Assembly: GCA_036676985.1 (NCBI GenBank) | Contig: JAKFBU010000026.1 | Coordinates: 224,001-288,000 of the forward strand | Length of the DNA: 64,000 bases | Source: Candidatus Sericytochromatia bacterium | GTDB lineage: Bacteria; Cyanobacteriota; Sericytochromatia; S15B-MN24; UBA4093 | Direction: 5' to 3' | Shown here: positions 38,664 to 47,576 of the stretch, piece after piece | How the letters are laid out: every line of letters starts with the position of its first letter | Position numbering within the stretch: position 1 is the stretch's first letter | The notes under the pieces: generated by a model | Databases searched by the model: none | What the model saw: only the letters and a program-made list of their open reading frames with translations | Told to the model about the DNA's origin: nothing | Translations under genes and position numbers: made by a program

Positions 38664-39768
38664 GGTGACCCCCCAGGCTCACGTCGGCATCCCGGAAGGG
38701 ACGTACGAGGAGGAGCACGCACGCAAGGGCTTCTTCGGGCGGGTCTCGCACCTGTACCGCACGCACCAGCCCACCAACTGGACCCGCATCGAGGGCCCCC
38801 TCAAGCCGCGCGCCATCGACTGCGCGAAGCTCATGCCCACCGACGCCGCGGATCCGACCAAGGGCCTGCCCACGACGTTCCTCTACAACGACGACGTGGC
38901 CCTCAAAGTCTCGCGCCTCTCGCAGCCCATGCCCTTCTACTTCCGCAACGCGGACGCGGACGACGTCTACTTCGTCCACCGGGGCGCGGGCGTGCTCGAG
39001 ACGGACTTCGGGCCCATCGACTTCGAGCCCGGCGACTACCTGGTCATCCCCCGCGGGACGACCTACCGCGTGGTGCCCCACACGACGGACAACTTCTTCC
39101 TGGTCATCGAGTCCAAGGGAGAGATCACCATCCCGGATCGCGGCTCCCTGGGCCCGCAGGCCATCTTCGACATGGGCGTGGTCCAGACCCCGGACCCGGT
39201 GGAGATGACGAACCACCCCACGGGCGCGGGCGAGTACGAGCTGCGCATCAAGCGCCTCGGCGCGTACACCTCGGTCTTCTACGACTTCAACCCGCTGGAC
39301 GTGGTGGGCTGGAAGGGAGATCTGACGGTCTGGAAGCTCAACGTCCGGGACATCCGGCCGGTCATGAGCCACCGCTACCACCTGCCGCCCAGCGTGCACA
39401 CGACCTTCCTCGGCGGCAACTTCGTCATCTGCACCTTCGTGCCGCGCCCCTTCGAGAGCGACGAGGAGGCCATGCGGGTGCCCTTCTACCACCGCAACAT
39501 CGACTACGACGAGGTCCTTTTCTACCACGCCGGCGACTTCTTCAGCCGGGAGAACATCGGGCCCGGCATGGTGACCTTCCACCCGCAGGGCATCCACCAC
39601 GGGCCGCACCCCAAGGCCGCCGAGAAGGCCGCCAAGAAGTCCGAGACCGACGAGATCGCGGTCATGGTCGACACCCGCTACCCGCTGCACATGACCGAGG
39701 CCGCCAGCGGCGTGGAGTGGCCCGAGTACCACCTGAGCTGGCGCGTCCCCTCGGAGGCGGCACGGTGA
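38641..39768 (+). CDS. hmgA: Homogentisate 1,2-dioxygenase
   Basis: GFFGRVSHLY, FRNADAD, HLPPSVH, PFYHRNIDYDE, HPQGIHHGP. Confidence 0.9.
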   Translation: MFPLSKGKVTPQAHVGIPEGTYEEEHARKGFFGRVSHLYRTHQPTNWTRIEGPLKPRAIDCAKLMPTDAADPTKGLPTTFLYNDDVALKVSRLSQPMPFYFRNADADDVYFVHRGAGVLETDFGPIDFEPGDYLVIPRGTTYRVVPHTTDNFFLVIESKGEITIPDRGSLGPQAIFDMGVVQTPDPVEMTNHPTGAGEYELRIKRLGAYTSVFYDFNPLDVVGWKGDLTVWKLNVRDIRPVMSHRYHLPPSVHTTFLGGNFVICTFVPRPFESDEEAMRVPFYHRNIDYDEVLFYHAGDFFSRENIGPGMVTFHPQGIHHGPHPKAAEKAAKKSETDEIAVMVDTRYPLHMTEAASGVEWPEYHLSWRVPSEAAR

Positions 39769-40391
39769 TCATCGATCCGTCGACCCTGAACCACCAGGAC
39801 GCCTACAAGCTCCTGAACGGCTCGGTGATCCCGCGCCCCATCGCCTTCGTCTCGACCATGTCGCAGGCGGGCGAGCGCAACCTCGCGCCGTTCAGCTTCT
39901 TCAACGTCGTGTGCTCGGATCCCATGACGCTCAGCATCTCGGTCATGCGGCGGGGCAACACGGCCGAGAAGAAGGACACGCTGCGCAACATCGAGGAGAC
40001 GGGCGAGTTCGTCGTCAACGTCGTGACCGAGGAGATCGCCGAGCGCATGAACCGCACCTCGGCGGACTTCCCGCCCGGGGTGGACGAGTTCCTCGAGGGG
40101 CCGTTCACGCCGGTGCCGAGCGAGGTGGTCCGCCCGCCGCGGGTGGCCGAGAGCCCCATCAACATGGAGTGCCGGCTCTTGCAGACGGTGGATCTGGGCG
40201 ATCGCCCCGGCTCGGGCACGCTGGTGCTCGGCCAGGTGGTCCGCTTCCACGTCTGGGACGAGCTCTACGACCAGGGCCGGATCCGGCACGACCTGTTCCA
40301 TGCGGTCGGGCGCCTGGCCGGGGCGAGCTACGCCCGGACCCGCGACACCTTCGACCTGGTCCGCCCGGTGCTCGCGCCGCAGCGTCCCTAG
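39765..40391 (+). CDS. Flavin reductase-like family protein
   Basis: PRPIAFVST, NLAPFSFFN, KDTLRNI; GTGA overlap with hmgA. Confidence 0.9.
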   Translation: MIIDPSTLNHQDAYKLLNGSVIPRPIAFVSTMSQAGERNLAPFSFFNVVCSDPMTLSISVMRRGNTAEKKDTLRNIEETGEFVVNVVTEEIAERMNRTSADFPPGVDEFLEGPFTPVPSEVVRPPRVAESPINMECRLLQTVDLGDRPGSGTLVLGQVVRFHVWDELYDQGRIRHDLFHAVGRLAGASYARTRDTFDLVRPVLAPQRP

Positions 40392-40492
40392 GGCCGCTAA
40401 CGGGTTTTTAATCCCCCTTTGATGGTCGTTTGTCACTAAAGGGGGACGGATCCGGGTATAGAGATCGTGTCGGATAGAGAGTGAGGACCCCC

Positions 40493-40690
40493 ATGGCCCG
40501 TCGCGCCCGCATCGCCCGCCGTTCCCAAGAGCCCGTCGCCATCGCCGTCGCCCGGTCGATGCCGCGCGGCAACAAGCTTGCCCTGGCCGGCCTGGCCTGT
40601 GCCACGGCGGCGGCCTGGTTCGTGAGCCCCGTCTTGGCCCTCGGCCTCGTGGGGCTGATGCTCTGGCAGGCGTTCGGCGCCGAGCGCTAA
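40493..40690 (+). CDS. Small membrane protein, paralog A (65 aa)
   Basis: GAGGA RBS; basic N-terminus, hydrophobic hairpin, ends PVLALGLVGLMLWQAFGAER. Confidence 0.7.
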   Translation: MARRARIARRSQEPVAIAVARSMPRGNKLALAGLACATAAAWFVSPVLALGLVGLMLWQAFGAER

Positions 40691-40790
40691 TCTCGCTCCG
40701 GCTTCCCGTTTCGGCGCCCGCAGCCAGCTGCGGGCGCCGTCGCTTGGGCGTGTGATCGCTCGATCGCTTTTGGGGTATACTGCCTCCACC

Positions 40791-40982
40791 ATGATCCGTC
40801 CCGGCCGTACCATCACCAACTTCAAGCAGGCGGGCGCCTTCGCCCGACCTTTGACGTGGGCCGGCCGGCTCGGCGCGGTCCTCCTCGCATGGACCGCCGC
40901 GGCCGTCTCCTTGATCCACCCGCTCCTGGGCCTGGGCGTCGTCGGCCTCATGCTCTGGCAGGCCTTCAGCCCCGATCGCTAG
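40791..40982 (+). CDS. Small membrane protein, paralog B (63 aa)
   Basis: Ends PLLGLGVVGLMLWQAFSPDR, homologous to paralog A; TATACT lies 9 nt upstream of the ATG. Confidence 0.7.
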   Translation: MIRPGRTITNFKQAGAFARPLTWAGRLGAVLLAWTAAAVSLIHPLLGLGVVGLMLWQAFSPDR

Positions 40983-41453
40983 CTAATTGGGCAGGCCGCC
41001 GCCGCGCCGTACCTTCTCGACGTCCGACAAGTCGCCCAATGCCGGTCCTATCAGGCTGCTGATGGTGGGGTTGAGCTCCTGGAGGCCCTCCGGAAAGCTG
41101 AGATAGGCGTTGAAGCGTACTTTCTGGCGGAAGTCCGGAGGCATCTCCGCGAGCCGGGTCGAGAACGCGAAGACCACGATGGGCACCTCCTGGAGCTCGG
41201 GGCACCGCGCGAGGCGCTCGAGCATGGCCGTCCCGACGATCTGCTCCTGGTAGTCCGTCACGGGCTTGCCGATGGCCTCGGGCCTGCGGTAGAGGGGCAC
41301 GAGGATGAGGTCGGGCGCAAAGTCGACGATGCTGTCCATGACGAACTGGCTGGTGCCGATCCGCTTGAGAAACTCGTGGTTTCCCTGGGTGAGGAAGTTG
41401 CCCAGCAGCACGACCACTTCGGGCGTATCGTTAAGGATGCCGATTTTGGCCAT
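40983..41453 (-). CDS. Pseudo-receiver (CheY-like fold, no phosphoacceptor Asp)
   Basis: KIGILND, PDLILVP, PELQEVPIVVF, LSFP; GGAGG RBS. Confidence 0.7.
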   Translation of the reverse strand: MAKIGILNDTPEVVVLLGNFLTQGNHEFLKRIGTSQFVMDSIVDFAPDLILVPLYRRPEAIGKPVTDYQEQIVGTAMLERLARCPELQEVPIVVFAFSTRLAEMPPDFRQKVRFNAYLSFPEGLQELNPTISSLIGPALGDLSDVEKVRRGGGLPN

Positions 41454-41498
41454 GTTGACCCTCCGGACGGACCAGGGCTCGGGCTATCATCTTGGGTC

Positions 41499-41915
41499 AT
41501 GAAGAGCTTGCATGTCTTGGTCGCGGAGGACGAGCCTTCCAATGCGGAAATCGTCCAGGTCATCCTTGAAAGCGAGGGCCACCATGTGACCATCTGCATG
41601 GACGGAGCCCGGGTGCTGGAGCTGTGCCACCAGCAGAATCGGCACTTCGACATCATCCTGATGGACATCCTCATGCCCGTCATGGACGGCCTGGAGACCA
41701 CGCGGCACCTGCGCATGGACCCGCGGACCCGCGAGGTCCCCATCGTCTGCGTGTCGGCCAAGGCGAGCGGCTCGGACCAGGAGAAAGGGCGTGAGGCGGG
41801 CTGCAACGCCTACGTGACCAAGCCCTACAAGCGCCGGACGTTGCTTGCCGAGATCCGCCAGGCGCTGGTGCAGACCGGGCGCCTCGCGGCCGAGGAGAGC
41901 ATCGAGCGACACTAG
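41499..41915 (+). CDS. Single-domain response regulator (CheY/DivK-like)
   Basis: VAEDE, DIILMDILMPVMDG, VSA, YVTKP. Confidence 0.92.
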   Translation: MKSLHVLVAEDEPSNAEIVQVILESEGHHVTICMDGARVLELCHQQNRHFDIILMDILMPVMDGLETTRHLRMDPRTREVPIVCVSAKASGSDQEKGREAGCNAYVTKPYKRRTLLAEIRQALVQTGRLAAEESIERH

Positions 41916-42017
41916 GGGGGATGCGCCCCTGAGCGGTAGCAGGCGACAAAAAGGGGTCGCTTGGGGTATAAGTGGGCGTAGGAACGATGGGGTTCCTAGA
42001 GCAGCGAGGACGATGAC

Positions 42018-42575
42018 ATGTCCATCTCCAAGACGACCTTTCGGATCACCCAGAAGACGGTGACCGGACCGGAGGGCTTCAAGCTGGCTCTCCTGGCCTT
42101 ACGGGAAGTGCTCCCCTACTGCCTGATCGATTGCGTCCAGCTCAATCGGATCAAGTTCCCGATCAACACTTCCCGCTATCCCCAGGGCATCTGGAACGAG
42201 CTCTTGCGGAAGCGGGAATGGCACGACAAGCTCATCTACCACCTGGCCAACAGTCTTGCCGAGACGGACCATGCCAAGCGCATGGCCATGCAGGCCGACT
42301 TCGCCCGGCTCATCACCGATGCGGACACGCAGGTGACGCTGCACGGGACCATGCTCTACGAGAGCGAGGGGACCCCGGAGATGCTCGCGGCCGCGGGCAT
42401 TCCGATGGTCAAGTCGTTCGGCTGCGAGCTGCAGGTGGACGCCTACACTGAGTACCTCAAGCGGGCGCAGCGCGACACCCAGTTCAAGGACAGCCACTCG
42501 CCCCAGCGCGAGCTGTACGGGCAGATCGTGCTCGCGGACTCGGTCGATCGGGCGGCCAGCCCGGCGGCTCCGTAA
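42018..42575 (+). CDS. Hypothetical protein
   Basis: GAGGA RBS, upstream TATAAG, coding-like GC3 bias; no motif recognised. Confidence 0.7.
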   Translation: MSISKTTFRITQKTVTGPEGFKLALLALREVLPYCLIDCVQLNRIKFPINTSRYPQGIWNELLRKREWHDKLIYHLANSLAETDHAKRMAMQADFARLITDADTQVTLHGTMLYESEGTPEMLAAAGIPMVKSFGCELQVDAYTEYLKRAQRDTQFKDSHSPQRELYGQIVLADSVDRAASPAAP

Positions 42576-42578
42576 GCC

Positions 42579-42959
42579 TTAGCCCTCAAGTACCACGAAG
42601 GCCATGGCGCGATCGCTCTCGTGCGTGAGGCTCAGGTGCAGCTCACGCACCCCGAGCCGCTCGGCCACCTGGGCCGTGGCGCCGTGCAGGCGAAGGCTCG
42701 GCTTGCCGCCCGGCGCCCGCACCACCTCGATGTCGGTCCAGCGCATGCCAGGCTGCCAGCCGGCACCGAGCGCCTTGATGACGGCCTCCTTGGCCGAGAA
42801 GCGGGCCGAGAGCGAGGGCGCCGGATCCCGGTGCCGCAGGCAGTAGGCGATCTCGTCCGGCGTGAAGACCCGCCGCAAGAAGGCCTCCCCCCGCCGCGCG
42901 ACGATCTCGGTCATGCGGTGGACGTTCAGGATGTCGACGCCGATCCCCCGGATGCTCAT
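42579..42959 (-). CDS. acpS: Holo-ACP synthase
   Basis: GIGVDI, ARFSAKEAVIKALG, HLSLTH. Confidence 0.93.
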   Translation of the reverse strand: MSIRGIGVDILNVHRMTEIVARRGEAFLRRVFTPDEIAYCLRHRDPAPSLSARFSAKEAVIKALGAGWQPGMRWTDIEVVRAPGGKPSLRLHGATAQVAERLGVRELHLSLTHESDRAMAFVVLEG

Positions 42960-44074
42960 GCCCACCGCCCCGCGAGCGATCGCAGCCCCGTCTCGAAGCG
43001 CGCCAGGGCCTCGGTGAGGGCGACCGCGTCCCGGTGCCCGAACCCCACCCGGAGGGCTCCCGGATAGCCGAGCGTGCTGCCCGGCAGCACGAAGAGCCCG
43101 AAGTCCTCGCGCAGGGCCCGCGCGACCTCCCGGTCGTCCGGATCGAAGGTCGGCCAGACGAGCGTCACCACCCCCGAGGGCGGCACCTGCCCCGTGATGA
43201 GGGACGACATCTCCGGCAGCCACAGCCCGAACAGCGTGCGGTTGATCTCCGTCACCCGGCGGTTTTCGGCGAAGAGGGCCTCGCGCCGCGGCCAGAGGGC
43301 CTCGATGACCTGCTCGCTCAGGCGGCTGACGCAGCAGGTGGCATGCTCGTGGTACGGCAGGCAGGCGGCAAGCTCCGGCGATCGCGAGGCGACCCAGCCG
43401 AGGCGCAGGCCGGGCAGGGCCCAGCGCTTGGAGACGGCGTCGGTGACGAGCACGCGATCGCTCAGCTCCAGGGAGCTCGGCGTAGCGAGCGGCCCCACGC
43501 CCCGGTAGATCTCGTCGATGAGCAGGTGGGCGCGCGGCCGGGCCTCGACCAGGGCCACGACAGAGCGCAGGGTCGCCTCCGAGAGCGTCCGGCCCGTGGG
43601 GTTGTGCGGGGTGTTGAGCACCACCAGGCGCGTGCGGTCGTCGATGAGGGGAGAAAGGGCCGCGAGATCCGGATCGGCGGTGGGATTGGCGGGCAGCGTC
43701 CAGCGGCGGACCTCGGCACCCCGGTCGCGGGCGATCGCCTCGAACTGGTAGTAGAGGGGGTCCTGCAGGACCACGTTGTCGCCCGGGTGGAGCATGCCCG
43801 TGAGGACCGCGAGGTTGGCCTCGGTGGCCCCCGCCGTCAGGAAGAGCTCGTCGGGAGTCAGGCCGTAGTCCGCGGCGATGAGGCGCCGGAGGGACACGGA
43901 GCCCGGCGTGGCCACGTAGCCGTATTCGAAGCGGGCGGGTCCCCAGTCATCGGGCAGGTAGGCCTGGAGGGCCTCTCCTTTCCAGGGCTGGACCATGGTG
44001 CCGCCCAGGGAGTAGGCGGCACCGGGTTCGTGCTGGTTGAACCAGGCTTCGAGCGGCGGGGTGGTGAGGGGCAT
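42956..44074 (-). CDS. PLP-dependent aminotransferase class I/II
   Basis: NTPHNPTG, DEIY, SKRWALPGLRLGW. Confidence 0.9.
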   Translation of the reverse strand: MPLTTPPLEAWFNQHEPGAAYSLGGTMVQPWKGEALQAYLPDDWGPARFEYGYVATPGSVSLRRLIAADYGLTPDELFLTAGATEANLAVLTGMLHPGDNVVLQDPLYYQFEAIARDRGAEVRRWTLPANPTADPDLAALSPLIDDRTRLVVLNTPHNPTGRTLSEATLRSVVALVEARPRAHLLIDEIYRGVGPLATPSSLELSDRVLVTDAVSKRWALPGLRLGWVASRSPELAACLPYHEHATCCVSRLSEQVIEALWPRREALFAENRRVTEINRTLFGLWLPEMSSLITGQVPPSGVVTLVWPTFDPDDREVARALREDFGLFVLPGSTLGYPGALRVGFGHRDAVALTEALARFETGLRSLAGRWA

Positions 44075-44245
44075 GGAGTCGGCTTTCAGGTGTGGGGGCG
44101 GGCCTTGGAGCACCTGACAAAACCGGGCATGCGTCGCCGATGGCCGCTTTGCGGCTCATGGGACCAGGTAGGTCAGGCGCTCTTCTATGCTAGCAGGGGT
44201 CCAAATGGACGGCAACGCTGCGTCCGCAGGTCACTTAAGGGTTGC

Positions 44246-44274
44246 TTGACGGTAGCTTTTCAAAGCTTCATAAT
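44246..44274 (+). promoter_or_regulatory. Sigma70-type promoter of sod
   Basis: TTGACG-N17-CATAAT. Confidence 0.7.
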
Positions 44275-44319
44275 GCTTGCCTCTTGTCGCCTTCGTTCTA
44301 GAAAAGGGAGACCAAACGA

Positions 44320-44967
44320 ATGGCCACTGCCACCATGACCAAGTACGAAGCCATCACCTACAACCTGACCGGTCTTGTCGGACTCTCCGACGAGCAGATC
44401 GCTCAGCACAAGACCCTGTACCAGGGCTACGTGAACAACACCAACAAGCTGACCGAGATGCTCGGCCAGATGGTCGCCGAGGGCAAGGCCGACGGCATGG
44501 ATCCGCAGTTCGCGGAGCTCAAGCGCCGTCTCGGCTTCGAGTACAACGGCATGCGCCTGCATGAGTTCTACTTCAGCAACCTCAAGGCCAACGGCGGCGA
44601 TGTGCCCGCCGGCGGCGCGCTCGCCAAGGCCCTCGAGGAGAACTTCGGGTCGGTCGAGAACTGGCGCAAGGACTTCACCGCCGTCAGCAAGATGCGCGGT
44701 GTGGGCTGGGCCATCCTCTGCCAGGATCCGCACACCGGCCGCCTGGAGAACAACTGGGTCACCCTGCACGAGGACGGCAACTTCGCCGGCTTCCGCCCGA
44801 TCCTCGTGATCGACGTGTGGGAGCACGCCTTCACGGTCGACTACAAGCCGACCGAGCGCGCCAAGTACCTCGAGGCGGTGTTCCAGAACATCAACTGGGC
44901 CAAGGTCGAGTCCCGTCTTCTCAGCCAGGACGAGATCAGCAAGGCCAAGCAGACCGTTCAGGCCTAG
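44320..44967 (+). CDS. sod: Fe/Mn superoxide dismutase family (ChrC-like subgroup)
   Basis: HKTLYQGYV, LHEFYF, DVWEHAF. Confidence 0.9.
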   Translation: MATATMTKYEAITYNLTGLVGLSDEQIAQHKTLYQGYVNNTNKLTEMLGQMVAEGKADGMDPQFAELKRRLGFEYNGMRLHEFYFSNLKANGGDVPAGGALAKALEENFGSVENWRKDFTAVSKMRGVGWAILCQDPHTGRLENNWVTLHEDGNFAGFRPILVIDVWEHAFTVDYKPTERAKYLEAVFQNINWAKVESRLLSQDEISKAKQTVQA

Positions 44968-44978
44968 TGACCTGACGC

Positions 44979-45008
44979 AGCGCCGGGCTCCCTCGGGAGT
45001 CCGGCGCT
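44979..45008 (+). terminator. Hairpin after sod
   Basis: AGCGCCGGGCTCC-CTCG-GGAGTCCGGCGCT. Confidence 0.6.
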
Positions 45009-45137
45009 CTTGCGTCTGTTTGCTCGATCCCGGAGCGGCTTAGCAATCGCGTTCCCGGGTATGAACTTAGATAACGGTTTGGGCAACCGAGGGAACAGCT
45101 GTGGACGCGCTTCCTCGGGGCGAAAGGAGCACACCGG

Positions 45138-47306
45138 ATGGGGATCACCAAGAGGCTGGAGCTGCTGCCGCGAGGCGGGGCGCTCGTCGAGACCTCCGCC
45201 GGCTGGATCCAGTTCGGGGCCGTGCCCGAGACCATCAAGGACACCATGCGCCACGAGAGCGGCGTGCCGCGGATCTTCGTGATCCCCCCGCGCATGTTCT
45301 CCATCGAGCGCGGCATCAGCTTCGCGGACCTCGAGTTCCCCATCTATTTCAACTTCTTCGCCCTGCGCCGCAAGATCGTCGTCCTGTGCGACGCCAACCA
45401 GCGCCGCATCCTCTCGGGCATCCTGCGCGAGGCCATCTTCGGGCCCCAGAAGATCGATCTGTCGCTCGATCTGCCGGCCACCCGCGAGCCCGTCAGCGTT
45501 CCCAACCTCCAGGAGGAGCTCGCCTTCTTCCGGCAGCACCCCTGGCGCCCGGGAACCGAGATGTCGCTCGAGGACATGGTCACCTTCGTGGCCTTCGACC
45601 GCGAGGGCTGCGCCGAGGTGGACGCCGTGCGGGTGTGTCGCAGCGATCGCGACGTCTACACGGTCTTTGACGGCGATCAGCAGGTGGCGACAGTGGGCAG
45701 CGAGCTCAAGCTCCCCGCGCGCCCGCAGCTCTCTCTGGACGAGTGCGAGCCCTTCGTGCCGCCCTACTTCGGCCTCACGTTCATCGGCACGGGCCATGGC
45801 TTCGATCCGAGCACCAAGACCTCGGGCTGCATCCTCTGGATCAACGGGCGCGGCCTCATGGTGGATCCGCCCGTCGACTCGACCGAGTGGCTGCGGGAGC
45901 ACGGGGTCAACCCCAAGCTCATCGACGCCGTCATCCTCACCCACTGCCACGCGGACCACGACAGCGGCACGCTGCAGAAGATCCTCGAGGAAGGGCGCAT
46001 CCGGCTCTACACGACCCGGACCATCATGGGCTCCTTCGAGCGCAAATACCGCGGCCTGACGGGCCTCGACAAGAAGCGCTTCGAGGATCTGTTCGACTTC
46101 GTGCCCCTGACGGTGAACGAGCCCATCCGCATCGACGGCGGCGAGTTCTGGTTCCACTACACCCTGCACTCGGTGCCGGCCATCGGGTTCGAGCTGTACT
46201 TCGGCGGCAAGAGCCTGGTCTATACCTCGGACACCCTGCACGATCCTCCAACCATCGAGGAGATGTACGCCAAGGGCATCATGAGCGACGCGCGGCGCGA
46301 GGAGCTCCTGAACTTCCCGTTGCACCACGACCTCATCATCCACGAGGCGGGCATCCCGCCCATCCACACCAGGGCCTCTTACCTCCAGGAGCTGCCCGAG
46401 GACGTGAAGCGGCGGATGCTGCTGGTGCACACCCAGAAGAAGGACCTGCCGCCGGATTCGGGCCTGCAAGTGGCCCCGAGCGGCCTGCACGAGACCATCT
46501 CCCTCGGGGCGGAGCCCTTGCCCGCCAACGAGGCGCTCAAGCAGCTGGACGTGCTCGCCCGGGTGGACCTGTTCAAGGAGTTCCCGGTGGCCAAGGCCGG
46601 GGAGTTCCTCGGCATGGTCAAGCGGATGACGTTCAAGTCGGGCGAGCGGATCATCACGAAGGGGACGCGGGGCGATCGCTTCTACATGATCCAGTCGGGC
46701 AAGGCCGCGGTGCGCGACGGGCGCACGGAGTCCAAGGTCTACGGGCCCTACGACTACTTCGGCGAGACGGCCATCATCCTGGACGCGCCGCGCACGGCGG
46801 ACGTCTACGCGGTGACGGACCTGGTGGCGCTCGCCATGGAGCGGCAGGACTTCCTGTACTTCCTGCGGGGCAGCGAGATCGCGAACACCCTGCGGCACCT
46901 GGCCCGGATGCGGATGCTGGACTCGTGGGAGCTCCTGGACGGCAGCCCGGCCTTCGGGCCCATGACTTCGACGCAGCTGACGCAGCTGCAGATGATCATG
47001 CGCGACGAGGCCTGCGACGCGTTGCAGACGCTCTCGGCCGAGGGCCAGTCGCAGCGGGACTGCTTTGTGCTCGCGGCAGGCGTGGTGGACGTGCTGCGCG
47101 ACGGCGAGATCGTGGCGAGCGTCGGCAAGGGGGCGTTCCTCGGCGAGGTGGCGCTCCTGTACAGCGGTGGCAAGCAGAGCTTCAGCTACCGAACGCGCAC
47201 GCCCGGCGTGGTCTTCCGGCTCGGGCGGAAGGACTTCGTGGATTACCTCAAGAAAAATCCGGGGCTGTACGTGCGGTTGTCGGGGTACGACTTCACGTCC
47301 GACTAG
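45138..47306 (+). CDS. MBL-fold (class II-like) cyclic-nucleotide phosphodiesterase with two cNMP-binding domains
   Basis: THCHADH, HSVP, TSDT, HEAG, PIHT; FGETA...PRTA and FLGEVAL domains. Confidence 0.8.
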   Translation: MGITKRLELLPRGGALVETSAGWIQFGAVPETIKDTMRHESGVPRIFVIPPRMFSIERGISFADLEFPIYFNFFALRRKIVVLCDANQRRILSGILREAIFGPQKIDLSLDLPATREPVSVPNLQEELAFFRQHPWRPGTEMSLEDMVTFVAFDREGCAEVDAVRVCRSDRDVYTVFDGDQQVATVGSELKLPARPQLSLDECEPFVPPYFGLTFIGTGHGFDPSTKTSGCILWINGRGLMVDPPVDSTEWLREHGVNPKLIDAVILTHCHADHDSGTLQKILEEGRIRLYTTRTIMGSFERKYRGLTGLDKKRFEDLFDFVPLTVNEPIRIDGGEFWFHYTLHSVPAIGFELYFGGKSLVYTSDTLHDPPTIEEMYAKGIMSDARREELLNFPLHHDLIIHEAGIPPIHTRASYLQELPEDVKRRMLLVHTQKKDLPPDSGLQVAPSGLHETISLGAEPLPANEALKQLDVLARVDLFKEFPVAKAGEFLGMVKRMTFKSGERIITKGTRGDRFYMIQSGKAAVRDGRTESKVYGPYDYFGETAIILDAPRTADVYAVTDLVALAMERQDFLYFLRGSEIANTLRHLARMRMLDSWELLDGSPAFGPMTSTQLTQLQMIMRDEACDALQTLSAEGQSQRDCFVLAAGVVDVLRDGEIVASVGKGAFLGEVALLYSGGKQSFSYRTRTPGVVFRLGRKDFVDYLKKNPGLYVRLSGYDFTSD

Positions 47307-47338
47307 GGGATTGGCCTGCTCGCGATTGGCTTACCGAT

Positions 47339-47379
47339 CTACCCCCCCTCCCCCCCTAGCAGGGGGGGAGGGGGGGTAG
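47339..47379. repeat. 19-bp perfect C7/G7 inverted repeat between convergent genes
   Basis: CTACCCCCCCTCCCCCCCT-AGC-AGGGGGGGAGGGGGGGTAG. Confidence 0.85.
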
Positions 47380-47396
47380 GACGAGTCGGCTACGCG

Positions 47397-47573
47397 TCAG
47401 TCGCCAAACCCCTCGAAGCTCGACTCCAACCCCTGCCGCGGCCCCAGGGGAATGGCGCACTGGTTGCACACCCAGAAGTGCACCAGCCGCATGCCGTTTT
47501 CACCCAACGCGTCGTAGAACGACCCCATGAGCTCAGGCCCTTCCGGGCGCTTGCACATCGCGCAACGGTTCAT
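47397..47573 (-). CDS. 58-aa C4 zinc-finger microprotein
   Basis: Hand translation MNRCAMCKRPEG...FWVCNQCAIPLG...GD*; starts 3 nt after the stop of the LysM-C39 gene; absent from the ORF track. Confidence 0.65.
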   Translation of the reverse strand: MNRCAMCKRPEGPELMGSFYDALGENGMRLVHFWVCNQCAIPLGPRQGLESSFEGFGD

Positions 47574-47576
47574 GGC

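Noticed and set aside
45075-45137. Possible riboswitch before the phosphodiesterase
   Set aside because: Only a single CCGAGG/CCTCGG stem; no c-di-GMP or other aptamer consensus recognisable.
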